The notes under the pieces are model-generated. The model was not told where the DNA came from, made no database searches, and was given only the letters and a program-made list of their open reading frames with translations. The translations under genes and the position numbers were made by a program. From Clostridia bacterium (lineage in GTDB: Bacteria > Bacillota > Clostridia > Oscillospirales > CAG-272), in contig JAGAMD010000021.1 in the NCBI GenBank assembly GCA_017624905.1, positions 1,754-65,753 on the forward strand: a stretch of DNA of 64,000 nucleotides, read 5' to 3'. Below, in pieces: positions 29,313-37,121 of this stretch. The stretch's first letter is position 1, and the number at the start of each line of letters is the position of its first letter.

Positions 29313-29666
29313 TTATTCTTCATTTTTGCTTAACTTTTCGATTATTCTTTCTCTAGATCTCCTTCGAACGGCTCGTTCTTCCCAATCGTACTTTAAATCC
29401 GATGAATTAAACTCAAATAATTCCAAAAGTAGATTTCTAAAATCGTTAATTGTATCTCGCTTATAGCAAAAATAGCAACAGAAAGTATTACTGTCTTCAA
29501 ATACTGTCAATCTGTTTTCCTTGTTACAAAATGGGCATCTACCTATATATCGTGTTCCCTCTTTAGAAAGTTTGATGAATTTTGAAACATATTCAACCAA
29601 GTTCTTATTCTCTGGGAATTCCATAATTTCCTTGTATATTATTTCTCGTGTTTGGTCCATAAACAA
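29313..29666 (-). CDS. Small protein with a primase-type (CHC2-like, here C4) zinc finger
   Basis: 117 aa. GRCPFCNKENRLTVFEDSNTFCCYFCYKRDTINDF parallels the DnaG zinc-finger layout CPFHxExTPSFxV...CFGCGxxGDxxxF. Confidence 0.7.
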   Translation of the reverse strand: MFMDQTREIIYKEIMEFPENKNLVEYVSKFIKLSKEGTRYIGRCPFCNKENRLTVFEDSNTFCCYFCYKRDTINDFRNLLLELFEFNSSDLKYDWEERAVRRRSRERIIEKLSKNEE

Positions 29667-29724
29667 CCTCCAAAAGTATATTCAGAATAATTATAACACA
29701 TCGTAATCTTTCTTGCAACATTGA

Positions 29725-29747
29725 GATGTACCAAAAATGCGACAGTT
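29725..29747. repeat. 23-bp direct repeat, copy 1 (GATGTACCAAAAATGCGACAGTT)
   Basis: Matches 29867-29889 at 22 of 23 positions. Lies just upstream of the minus-strand TTGCAA-17-TATAAT promoter of the zinc-finger gene. Confidence 0.8.
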
Positions 29748-29866
29748 GATTTTTGATTTGATTTTCGTGCTTATATCTTTGTTTTGCGTAGCAAAAGTTG
29801 GTGGTTGGGAAGCGTATTTTGGGTGGAAATTGTAGGAATTTTTGAGAAAATTGATTAAGATTTGAT

Positions 29867-29889
29867 GATGTACTAAAAATGCGACAGTT
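29867..29889. repeat. 23-bp direct repeat, copy 2 (GATGTACTAAAAATGCGACAGTT)
   Basis: Ends 5 nt before the -35 element of the recombinase promoter. Confidence 0.8.
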
Positions 29890-29894
29890 TGGGG

Positions 29895-29923
29895 TTGCAA
29901 TTGTTGGGAATGTATGCTACAAT
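29895..29923 (+). promoter_or_regulatory. Sigma-A promoter of the serine recombinase gene
   Basis: TTGCAA (29895-29900), 17-nt spacer, TGcTACAAT extended -10 (hexamer 29918-29923). Confidence 0.65.
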
Positions 29924-29950
29924 CAGGACACCTTGGAAGGGGGTGGAAAG

Positions 29951-31489
29951 ATGAGAGGTGTTATTTATGCGAGGTACTCCTCGGACAATCAGCGAGAGGA
30001 GTCGATTGAGGGGCAGATTCGTGAGAATACTGCTTATGCTGAGAGGAATGGCATTACCATTGTTGGGCACTACATTGACAGGGCTTATTCGGCTAAGACT
30101 GACAATCGTCCTGAGTTTCAGCGAATGATTAAGGACAGTGCAAGGCATGGGTTTGATGTTATCATTGTGTGGAAGCTTGACAGATTTGCTCGTAACCGTT
30201 ATGATTCGGCAAGATACAAGATGCTTCTTAAAAAGAATGATGTGCGTGTTATATCGGCAACTGAGGCAATTTCTCAGGGTGCTGAGGGAATTATTCTTGA
30301 GGCTGTGCTTGAGGGAATGGCTGAATACTACTCTGCTGACCTTTCAGAAAAGGTTTCAAGAGGTATGAAGGAAAATGCTCTCAAATGCGTTTACAATGGT
30401 GGAATTGTTCCTCTTGGCTTCAAGATTGATGAGGAACGGCATTATCAAATTGATCCTGAAACTGCTCCTATCATTGTGGAGATTTTTACAAGGTATGATA
30501 ATGGCGACAGAATGGTTGACATTATTGACGACCTAAACAGGCGAGGCATCAAAAATGGTGTTGGGCGACCGTTTAATCGCAATTCTATTGGGAGCATTAT
30601 CAAGAACAGGCACTACATTGGTGAATACTTTCATGGTGATGTTGTTATTCCAGATGCCTTTCCTGCTTTAATTAACTATGAATTATTTGACAGGGTTAAT
30701 AAAAAGCACGAAAGAAACCACAGAATTGCAGGGCGATTCCGTGCTAAGGAGAAATATATTCTTGGCACTAAATTGTTCTGTGGCAAGTGCAAGGCGATGA
30801 TGCACGGAGATTGTGCTAAAAAGAGCAACGGAACGGTTTATCGCTATTACAGGTGCTACAATAAAAAGGAGCGCCTATGCGACAAGAAGGCTGTTAAAAA
30901 ATCTTGGATTGAGGATCTTGTTATTGGCAAGATTATGGAGCTCTTAATGGATGACGCGATGCTAAATAAGATTGCCGATTCAATTATGGACCTATACAAG
31001 TGCGATGAGAATGCTATTGCCGTTTTAGAGGGGCAATTAAGAGGAACGCAAAGGTCTATTGACAATCTTGTAAGGGCTATTGAAAAGGGCGTTGTTACAA
31101 GCTCTACGCAGGCACGACTTGAGGAGCTTGAAGAGGACGCCAAAAGGTTGCAAAGTGCTATTCGTGAGGAAGAGGCAAGGCGACCTAAGCTAACTAAGGA
31201 GTTTATTCTCTTCACTCTTCAAAAGTATAAGAGCTTAGGCCTGACAAGCCTTAGAAATCGTGAGAAATTGGTTGATTCTTTGGTCAACTGCATTATTCTC
31301 TACGACGACAAAATCGTAATCACCTTCAACTACGAAAATGAATCAGTAACAATAAAAACTACCGAGGAAATTTCCTCGGTAGAAATACATAGTTCGGATT
31401 TTCAGTCAACAAGGTCGTCTGTAACCCCCAAACAAAAAAGCAAGGCGTTTTGCCTTGCTTTTTTGTTATTTTACAAAGTCGTTATATGA
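29951..31489 (+). CDS. Large serine recombinase (resolvase catalytic domain + recombinase domain + zinc ribbon + coiled coil)
   Basis: Trimmed to MRGVIYARYSSDNQ after SD ggaaggggg. Catalytic Ser in YARYSS, DRFARN, Zn ribbon CGKCKAMMHG...YYRCYNKKERLCD. The C-terminal tail reads through a terminator hairpin. Confidence 0.92.
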   Translation: MRGVIYARYSSDNQREESIEGQIRENTAYAERNGITIVGHYIDRAYSAKTDNRPEFQRMIKDSARHGFDVIIVWKLDRFARNRYDSARYKMLLKKNDVRVISATEAISQGAEGIILEAVLEGMAEYYSADLSEKVSRGMKENALKCVYNGGIVPLGFKIDEERHYQIDPETAPIIVEIFTRYDNGDRMVDIIDDLNRRGIKNGVGRPFNRNSIGSIIKNRHYIGEYFHGDVVIPDAFPALINYELFDRVNKKHERNHRIAGRFRAKEKYILGTKLFCGKCKAMMHGDCAKKSNGTVYRYYRCYNKKERLCDKKAVKKSWIEDLVIGKIMELLMDDAMLNKIADSIMDLYKCDENAIAVLEGQLRGTQRSIDNLVRAIEKGVVTSSTQARLEELEEDAKRLQSAIREEEARRPKLTKEFILFTLQKYKSLGLTSLRNREKLVDSLVNCIILYDDKIVITFNYENESVTIKTTEEISSVEIHSSDFQSTRSSVTPKQKSKAFCLAFLLFYKVVI

Positions 31490-33241
31490 AATGAATGCGT
31501 ATTTTGCTCCGTTTTCCTTAGTGCCAGCTTGTAGGTATGAATATTCCTTGCTTCCATCAAGTGTGGTTTCAAGATATGCGCCGATAGCGAATTTTGCTGA
31601 TTTGCTTTCTTCAGTGTCAAAGCCCATCATTTTTAGTTTTAAAATAGCATAAGTATTTGGAGTCTCAGCTATTAATGTAGAATTGTTTATTGGATCGCCA
31701 TATGTGTCGAAAATATCATTATTTCCTATTGCGCTTGTTGTAGCAAATAAGCCATATTTCACTGTTTTGCCTGTTAGCTCCTCGTATCTTGCAATTGCTA
31801 CAGTATCAACTGTAAACTTTATTGTAATTCCGTTATTGCCGTTTTCTGGAGATGAATAACCCAGACACTCAAAGAGTGCGTTTAGCTTTTCTGTTGTTCC
31901 ATTTTCACAGCCATCGTTAGTACAGCCAACATAGTACTCGCCCTCTTGCATAAAGCTTAAATATGTTACTCTTTTACTGATTATGTGCTCCTTTTGCTCC
32001 TTAATGGTGTATTCCTCACACATTGAGCAGATAAGAGCTGTTGTACAATCACCATCGTCGCCTGGATTTGTGTGAACACCGTCAAATGCAACATCACAAA
32101 GGTTGCAGTCGTAAATCACCATATACGCATTGTATGTATAATTCTCGTTTTTGTAGTCCTCATAGGAATAATATTCTGCATTATAGAAACGAGCTGTTGA
32201 AGAGCAAAGCTCGTCAATTCTCTCATAGTCCGCACCTGTGTAGTAGGTAATGAATGTAGAGTTATTAGGAGTAGTTCCCAAGGCTGAAGAGCCGAAGCTT
32301 GTAAATTTTTCGGTTAGCACAAGCTCCTTCAAGGCAGAGCAATCCTTAAATGTTTCATTAGCAAGTTTAGAGCCTAACACAACCACTCTCTCAAGAGTAG
32401 TGCTACCTTGAAATACAGCTGACCCCATAGTTGAGACGGAAGCGGGTATTACAAGGCTTGTTAGCTTCGTTCTTGCAAACGCATATTGTCCAATGGAGGT
32501 TACGGTGCTTGGTAGCTCAAGGCTAGTTATGTTAAGAACACCACCACTAGGATTACAAAAAGCATTTGAACCGATGGTAACTGTATTTTCAAGCTCGATC
32601 GTCGTAAGATTATCGTTATCATAGAATGCTTTTTCAGGAATATTAGCGCATTTACAGTAAACCTCGGCAAGACTTGGACATTCAGAAACACAGTCAGAAC
32701 CGAATGACGTTACCGATGATGGAATAACAATTGATGAAATATTTGAGCCTTTAAAAGCATATGACTCGATTTTGGTGCAGCTATCAGGAATAACTATTGA
32801 ATTTGAAATACCTGATGATCTAAATGCAAGTGTCTTAATAGTGGTAACACCATAAGGTATATCAACGCTAACAAGACCAGTGCATCCGGATGACAAATTT
32901 AGCGTAGTTGAAATGGTAGTAGTACCCTTAGGTATTTCAATTCTTATAATATCCTTTTTCTCATAGGATTTTGATGCATTTGTATTTAGTGAGCTAAGGT
33001 CAATTGTAAGTGTTTCTTGATTCTTGCATATATAATATGCAGGGTAGGTTACGCCATCAGACATTAAAACGCGTGAGGTCGCCCCAACAGTACCGTCGGT
33101 ACCAAATGTAGACTTGTCTGGCATACCACTAACCTCGGTAATTTTTGTCCATTCCGGAATATCTGTTGCCATCGCTGTTATAGCAAAAAGGCAAAATGCC
33201 ACTGATAGAATCGCTAAAAACAATATCAGCTTCTTTTTCAT
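31466..33241 (-). CDS. Secreted BspA-type leucine-rich-repeat protein, paralog 1
   Basis: 591 aa. Signal peptide MKKKLILFLAILSVAFCLFAITAMA. Repeats of the form IPSSVTSFGSDCVSECPSL / LPSTVTSIGQYAFARTKL. Cys-rich segment and a conserved C-terminal module. Confidence 0.85.
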   Translation of the reverse strand: MKKKLILFLAILSVAFCLFAITAMATDIPEWTKITEVSGMPDKSTFGTDGTVGATSRVLMSDGVTYPAYYICKNQETLTIDLSSLNTNASKSYEKKDIIRIEIPKGTTTISTTLNLSSGCTGLVSVDIPYGVTTIKTLAFRSSGISNSIVIPDSCTKIESYAFKGSNISSIVIPSSVTSFGSDCVSECPSLAEVYCKCANIPEKAFYDNDNLTTIELENTVTIGSNAFCNPSGGVLNITSLELPSTVTSIGQYAFARTKLTSLVIPASVSTMGSAVFQGSTTLERVVVLGSKLANETFKDCSALKELVLTEKFTSFGSSALGTTPNNSTFITYYTGADYERIDELCSSTARFYNAEYYSYEDYKNENYTYNAYMVIYDCNLCDVAFDGVHTNPGDDGDCTTALICSMCEEYTIKEQKEHIISKRVTYLSFMQEGEYYVGCTNDGCENGTTEKLNALFECLGYSSPENGNNGITIKFTVDTVAIARYEELTGKTVKYGLFATTSAIGNNDIFDTYGDPINNSTLIAETPNTYAILKLKMMGFDTEESKSAKFAIGAYLETTLDGSKEYSYLQAGTKENGAKYAFISYNDFVK

Positions 33242-33405
33242 TTTAGTTTTCTCCTTTTATGTAAATTTCATAAATTGCCAATTTATATACCTTATGATTT
33301 GATTATATCATTATATAACCGCAAACACAATAGATTTTTTTGACAAATATATGGACAAAATTGTTTTTTCGTGGTATAATTTTACAAAAACAGAAAGGAG
33401 TCAAC

Positions 33406-34224
33406 ATGCATTTATACTCTGGAAAATTAAGCAATGGAAAGCAAACCATAACCGATAGATTTATATATATTAATGATTTTGGATTCTGCGAGGACCAATC
33501 AAATGTGCCACTATGCCGTGAAGACGGTAGAGCTGACTATCAGCTTTTTTATGTTAAGCACGGTTCTATTACAGTACAGGAGCAAGGAAAAGAACGCATT
33601 CTTAAAAACGGAGATATTTGCTTGTATAGACCTAACGAGCCACAGATGTACAATATTGGCAAAGAAGCTACAACACATTATTGGGTTCATTTTACCGGCA
33701 GTGTGGTGGAAAGTATGCTTTCGTTTTTCAAGGAGCGCTCATATCATATAGGAAGCTTCCCTGAATTTGAGCATTTCTGTAGTAGCCTATGGAGTGATTC
33801 TAAAGATGATGAGGAATGTTCCGAGCTATTATTGGATGGTATGCTGATAACAATTATTGCTCGTATAATGAAGATTGTCAGCCAAGAGGGAAATAAAAAT
33901 AATGAGCTATCTAAGCTTCATAAGGCCCTACGACTTATGAAGTCAGAGTGTCATATAAGGCGTTCAAATAAAGAGCTGTCTAAGCTTTGTGGAATAAGTG
34001 AATTTTATTTTATAAAGCTTTTTAAGAAAAGCTTAGGCGTTTCTCCTCAAGAATATTACGCTAAGCTTATTATTGATAAAAGCTCACATTTATTAATCGA
34101 TACCAATTACAGCATTTCCGAAATTTCTAAATTATGTGGCATTGAGGATGCATTATACTTCAGCCGAATGTTTAAAAAACACATGGGCATCTCACCATCT
34201 GCGTATCGAAAAAGCAAATTTTAA
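33406..34224 (+). CDS. AraC-family regulator (cupin sensor + HTH), unit 1
   Basis: Trimmed to the ATG after aaaggag. C-terminal double HTH (LSKLCGISEFYFIKLFKK...ISEISKLCGIEDALYFSRMFKKHMGISPSAYRK). Confidence 0.88.
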   Translation: MHLYSGKLSNGKQTITDRFIYINDFGFCEDQSNVPLCREDGRADYQLFYVKHGSITVQEQGKERILKNGDICLYRPNEPQMYNIGKEATTHYWVHFTGSVVESMLSFFKERSYHIGSFPEFEHFCSSLWSDSKDDEECSELLLDGMLITIIARIMKIVSQEGNKNNELSKLHKALRLMKSECHIRRSNKELSKLCGISEFYFIKLFKKSLGVSPQEYYAKLIIDKSSHLLIDTNYSISEISKLCGIEDALYFSRMFKKHMGISPSAYRKSKF

Positions 34225-34280
34225 TATGTGCTCTTTTGCACTAAAACAAAAAAGCAAGGCCTTTGCCTTGCTTTTTATTG

Positions 34281-35975
34281 TTATTGTGTTACTACTATAT
34301 CGTTATATGATATAAAAGCATATTTTTCGTTATCGTTTGGCGCACTTTGTTGGAGATATGAGTATTTCTTATTACCATCTAGTGTAGTTTCAACATATGC
34401 GCCGATAGCAAATTTTGCACTTTTGCTTTCAGTCGTATCGAAGCCTACTATTTTAAGTGATAAGAATACATAATCATTGCTTAAAACCTCTGCAATAAGT
34501 ACGCAATTTACAGGATTGCCATTCTCGTCAAAAATATCATTGTTTCCAATATTTTGCTGTGATGCTGCAAACAAGCCATATTTAACTGATTTACTTGTTG
34601 CTTCTTCATATTCAGAAATCGCACTAGTATTAACTTTAAACTTTATAGCAATTCCACCATTTCCGTTCTCTGGTGCTGAATAGCCAAGGCATGTAAAGAG
34701 TGGTAAAACACTTGTTACATATGGATTTTCGCCATGTGCACAATTACTGTTTTGACAGGTTTGAATTTTCTTTCCGTTTTCAAGATAGCTTGAATACTCG
34801 ATTATTGTTTTATAATTATGAACTGGACTAGAAGACATCTCTATTTTACCACAGATTGAACAAACACCAGCACAGCTATTGGATGTGTCTTCATCAATTT
34901 GATGCTCACCATAATAAACATCACAGATGTTTGTGCCAGAAATAATGTATTTGCCCTCTGTATATTTGCTAGGAGCTACTATATAATCTTCATAAGAAAC
35001 AATTGCAGTTGCTTCAATTGTGTCCTTAACGCCATTTAAATATTCAGTATTATTAGTTACAAAGAAGAAGTATTTTCCTGTTGATCTAAAATCAACCGTT
35101 CTATTGCCATCAACACATTCAATAAAGTTTTCCTTAAAGGATGTTAAATCAATTGTAGGATTGTCTCCTAAAAAGTAGATGCTTGTAAGATTTGTACAGC
35201 CTTCAAAGTTGCGTTGTCCTAAGCTTGTTCCGTTGCCCAAAATATAAACGCTTTCAAGATTTTTACAATCTCTGAAGTTATCTGTTCCAATGCTTGTTAC
35301 TACCTCAGGAATAACTATTGATGAAATTGCAGTGCCTTTAAATTTATAGTTATTATTTCCTTCAAATGTGTATGCTGGTCCTATTGGCAATCTTACAGTA
35401 TGTAAATTGGTACAACCACTAAAGTTTTGTGTACCACCAAAGCCACCAACAAGATTATCGCAAACAGACATGTCAACAAGCCTTAATGCTGTTTTTCCCT
35501 TAAATTTATCAGGACAATCCTTTAAGGTTGCAGGATAATACATATACTGAATGTGATTTAAATTAATATTTCCAAGATAAATCATATCGAATTCTCTTAA
35601 GTTGAGAACTACAATTTGCAAGCTATCATCAATGGTTGAAATATATTCGCCAGTTTCTTCATTATAGGTATGGATATAAATTTCTGTCAACTGAGCCCAT
35701 TGACCAGTTGTGCTTACATATGTAACATAAGTGTCATGATTTTCATTTGGTTCGTTGCGATTGTTAGGTACTGAGCTATAAACATTTTTACCGAATTCGT
35801 CCACTCCACTAACATACCAAATTAAAGGATTATGGCTTTCGTCATAGATTGGAAGGACACTACCATCTGCAAGAGTGGCGGTTTCGTTATAGTCCACAGT
35901 AGCAAATGCACATGTTGTAAAGAGACAAGTAAAGATTAAAATGCCAAAAAATACGATTAAAAGCTTTCTTTTCAT
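34281..35975 (-). CDS. Secreted BspA-type leucine-rich-repeat protein, paralog 2
   Basis: 564 aa. Signal peptide. LRR_5-like repeats (IVIPEVVTSIGTDNFRDCKNLESVYI). The C-terminal module is about 60-70% identical by eye to paralog 1. Confidence 0.85.
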   Translation of the reverse strand: MKRKLLIVFFGILIFTCLFTTCAFATVDYNETATLADGSVLPIYDESHNPLIWYVSGVDEFGKNVYSSVPNNRNEPNENHDTYVTYVSTTGQWAQLTEIYIHTYNEETGEYISTIDDSLQIVVLNLREFDMIYLGNINLNHIQYMYYPATLKDCPDKFKGKTALRLVDMSVCDNLVGGFGGTQNFSGCTNLHTVRLPIGPAYTFEGNNNYKFKGTAISSIVIPEVVTSIGTDNFRDCKNLESVYILGNGTSLGQRNFEGCTNLTSIYFLGDNPTIDLTSFKENFIECVDGNRTVDFRSTGKYFFFVTNNTEYLNGVKDTIEATAIVSYEDYIVAPSKYTEGKYIISGTNICDVYYGEHQIDEDTSNSCAGVCSICGKIEMSSSPVHNYKTIIEYSSYLENGKKIQTCQNSNCAHGENPYVTSVLPLFTCLGYSAPENGNGGIAIKFKVNTSAISEYEEATSKSVKYGLFAASQQNIGNNDIFDENGNPVNCVLIAEVLSNDYVFLSLKIVGFDTTESKSAKFAIGAYVETTLDGNKKYSYLQQSAPNDNEKYAFISYNDIVVTQ

Positions 35976-36252
35976 TTTGTTTCTCCTTAAAAAATTTTTA
36001 TCTCAATTTTATGATATATCACTTTTGTTAATCATTCACGACAAAAAGCAAGTCAAATATAGACAAAATTTAGCTTTTATGCATGTTTAATAAAAAATGT
36101 TTTTTGCAAAGCTATTTATTCGCTTTTGTAGAGAAATCCTTCTTTAAATATTTTAATAACCTCAACTTTTGATTTTATTCTTTAAAAGCATTGATTAATC
36201 GCAAAAATCATGGTATAATTATAAGACAAAATATAGTTTTTTGGAGAATTGT

Positions 36253-37038
36253 ATGTTATACGAAATACAGCACTCAATAATCGCTGACAAGGTAACACTC
36301 GAAGCGGGTAGCAATCTTAACTTTCCTACTCACATTCACAATAGCTTTGAAATAATAATAGCGACAGATGGTGAAATGGAAATAACCATTGCAGACAACA
36401 CCTACACTATTTTGGATAATGAATGTGTGTTAGTTTTCCCTAATCAGCTTCACGAAATTAGAACTCCAAATCATGCAAAGCATACTATTTTAATTTTCTC
36501 GCCTCAGCTTGTTAAAGCATTTAGCAAAAAATTTGAAGCTTATATACCTAAAAACAACAAATTTTATTTGAATGATTTTTACATTGACAAGATTAAAAAG
36601 CTCAATGGTAAAAAGACCATGCTGGAATTAAAAGGTCTTTTATATTCTGTTTGTGGTGAATTTGATAAAAATGCTGAATATATAGAGTTTAAGGGAGATA
36701 AACAAAATCTTCTCTTCAAAATTTTTAATTTTGTTGCAGAAAATTACAGAACTGGCTGCTCTCTTTATGAATTAGCAAACCAAACTGGCTACAATTATGT
36801 TTATCTATCCAAGCTGTTTTCAAAAAGCACTGGTATTAGCTATACTGAATATGTTTGTCGCTTCCGCACAAATGAAGCATGTTACCTTTTAATGAATACA
36901 AATAGCACCGTGCTTGATATAGCTTACGAATGTGGGTTTGATTCTCTTAGAAGCTTTAATAGAAGCTTTAAATCTACACTTGGCATAACACCAAGCATGT
37001 ATCGAAAACAAAAAATCAGCAAGGAAGATTCATTTTAA
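36253..37038 (+). CDS. AraC-family regulator, unit 2
   Basis: Trimmed to MLYEIQHS after ggaga. HTH_18-type C-terminus (LYELANQTGYNYVYLSKLFSK...VLDIAYECGFDSLRSFNRSFKSTLGITPSMYRK). Confidence 0.88.
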   Translation: MLYEIQHSIIADKVTLEAGSNLNFPTHIHNSFEIIIATDGEMEITIADNTYTILDNECVLVFPNQLHEIRTPNHAKHTILIFSPQLVKAFSKKFEAYIPKNNKFYLNDFYIDKIKKLNGKKTMLELKGLLYSVCGEFDKNAEYIEFKGDKQNLLFKIFNFVAENYRTGCSLYELANQTGYNYVYLSKLFSKSTGISYTEYVCRFRTNEACYLLMNTNSTVLDIAYECGFDSLRSFNRSFKSTLGITPSMYRKQKISKEDSF

Positions 37039-37042
37039 ATAA

Positions 37043-37098
37043 AAAGCAAGGCGTTTGCCTTGCTTTTTATTGTTATTGTGTTACTACTATATCGTTAT
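37043..37098 (-). pseudogene. Scar of a third LRR paralog: terminator hairpin plus the last 8 codons and stop
   Basis: gccttgctttttattgttattgtgttactactatatcgttat is identical to 34264-34305, the 3' end of paralog 2 encoding ...NDIVVTQ*. Similarity ends abruptly at 37098. Confidence 0.75.
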
Positions 37099-37121
37099 TT
37101 AATTTGCGTGGAATAACAAAA

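Noticed and set aside
29691-30148. Minus-strand track ORFs 29691..29900 and 29873..30148.
   Set aside because: The first spans the divergent promoter and repeat region and has no SD. The second is antisense to the recombinase catalytic domain.
25216-31489. A classical tRNA-targeted genomic island, integrated into tRNA-Glu by the recombinase.
   Set aside because: I found no direct repeat of the tRNA-Glu 3' end anywhere to the right. The recombinase is of the serine type and sits 4.7 kb away. Two terminators and an apparently host-type ABC remnant lie between. The tRNA adjacency may be coincidental.
31455-31652. Plus-strand ORFs 31455..31652 and 34228..34473, which are similar to each other. 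I considered a conserved small gene.
   Set aside because: Their similarity is a by-product of the conserved minus-strand LRR C-terminal module. They begin inside the terminator hairpin and have no SD.
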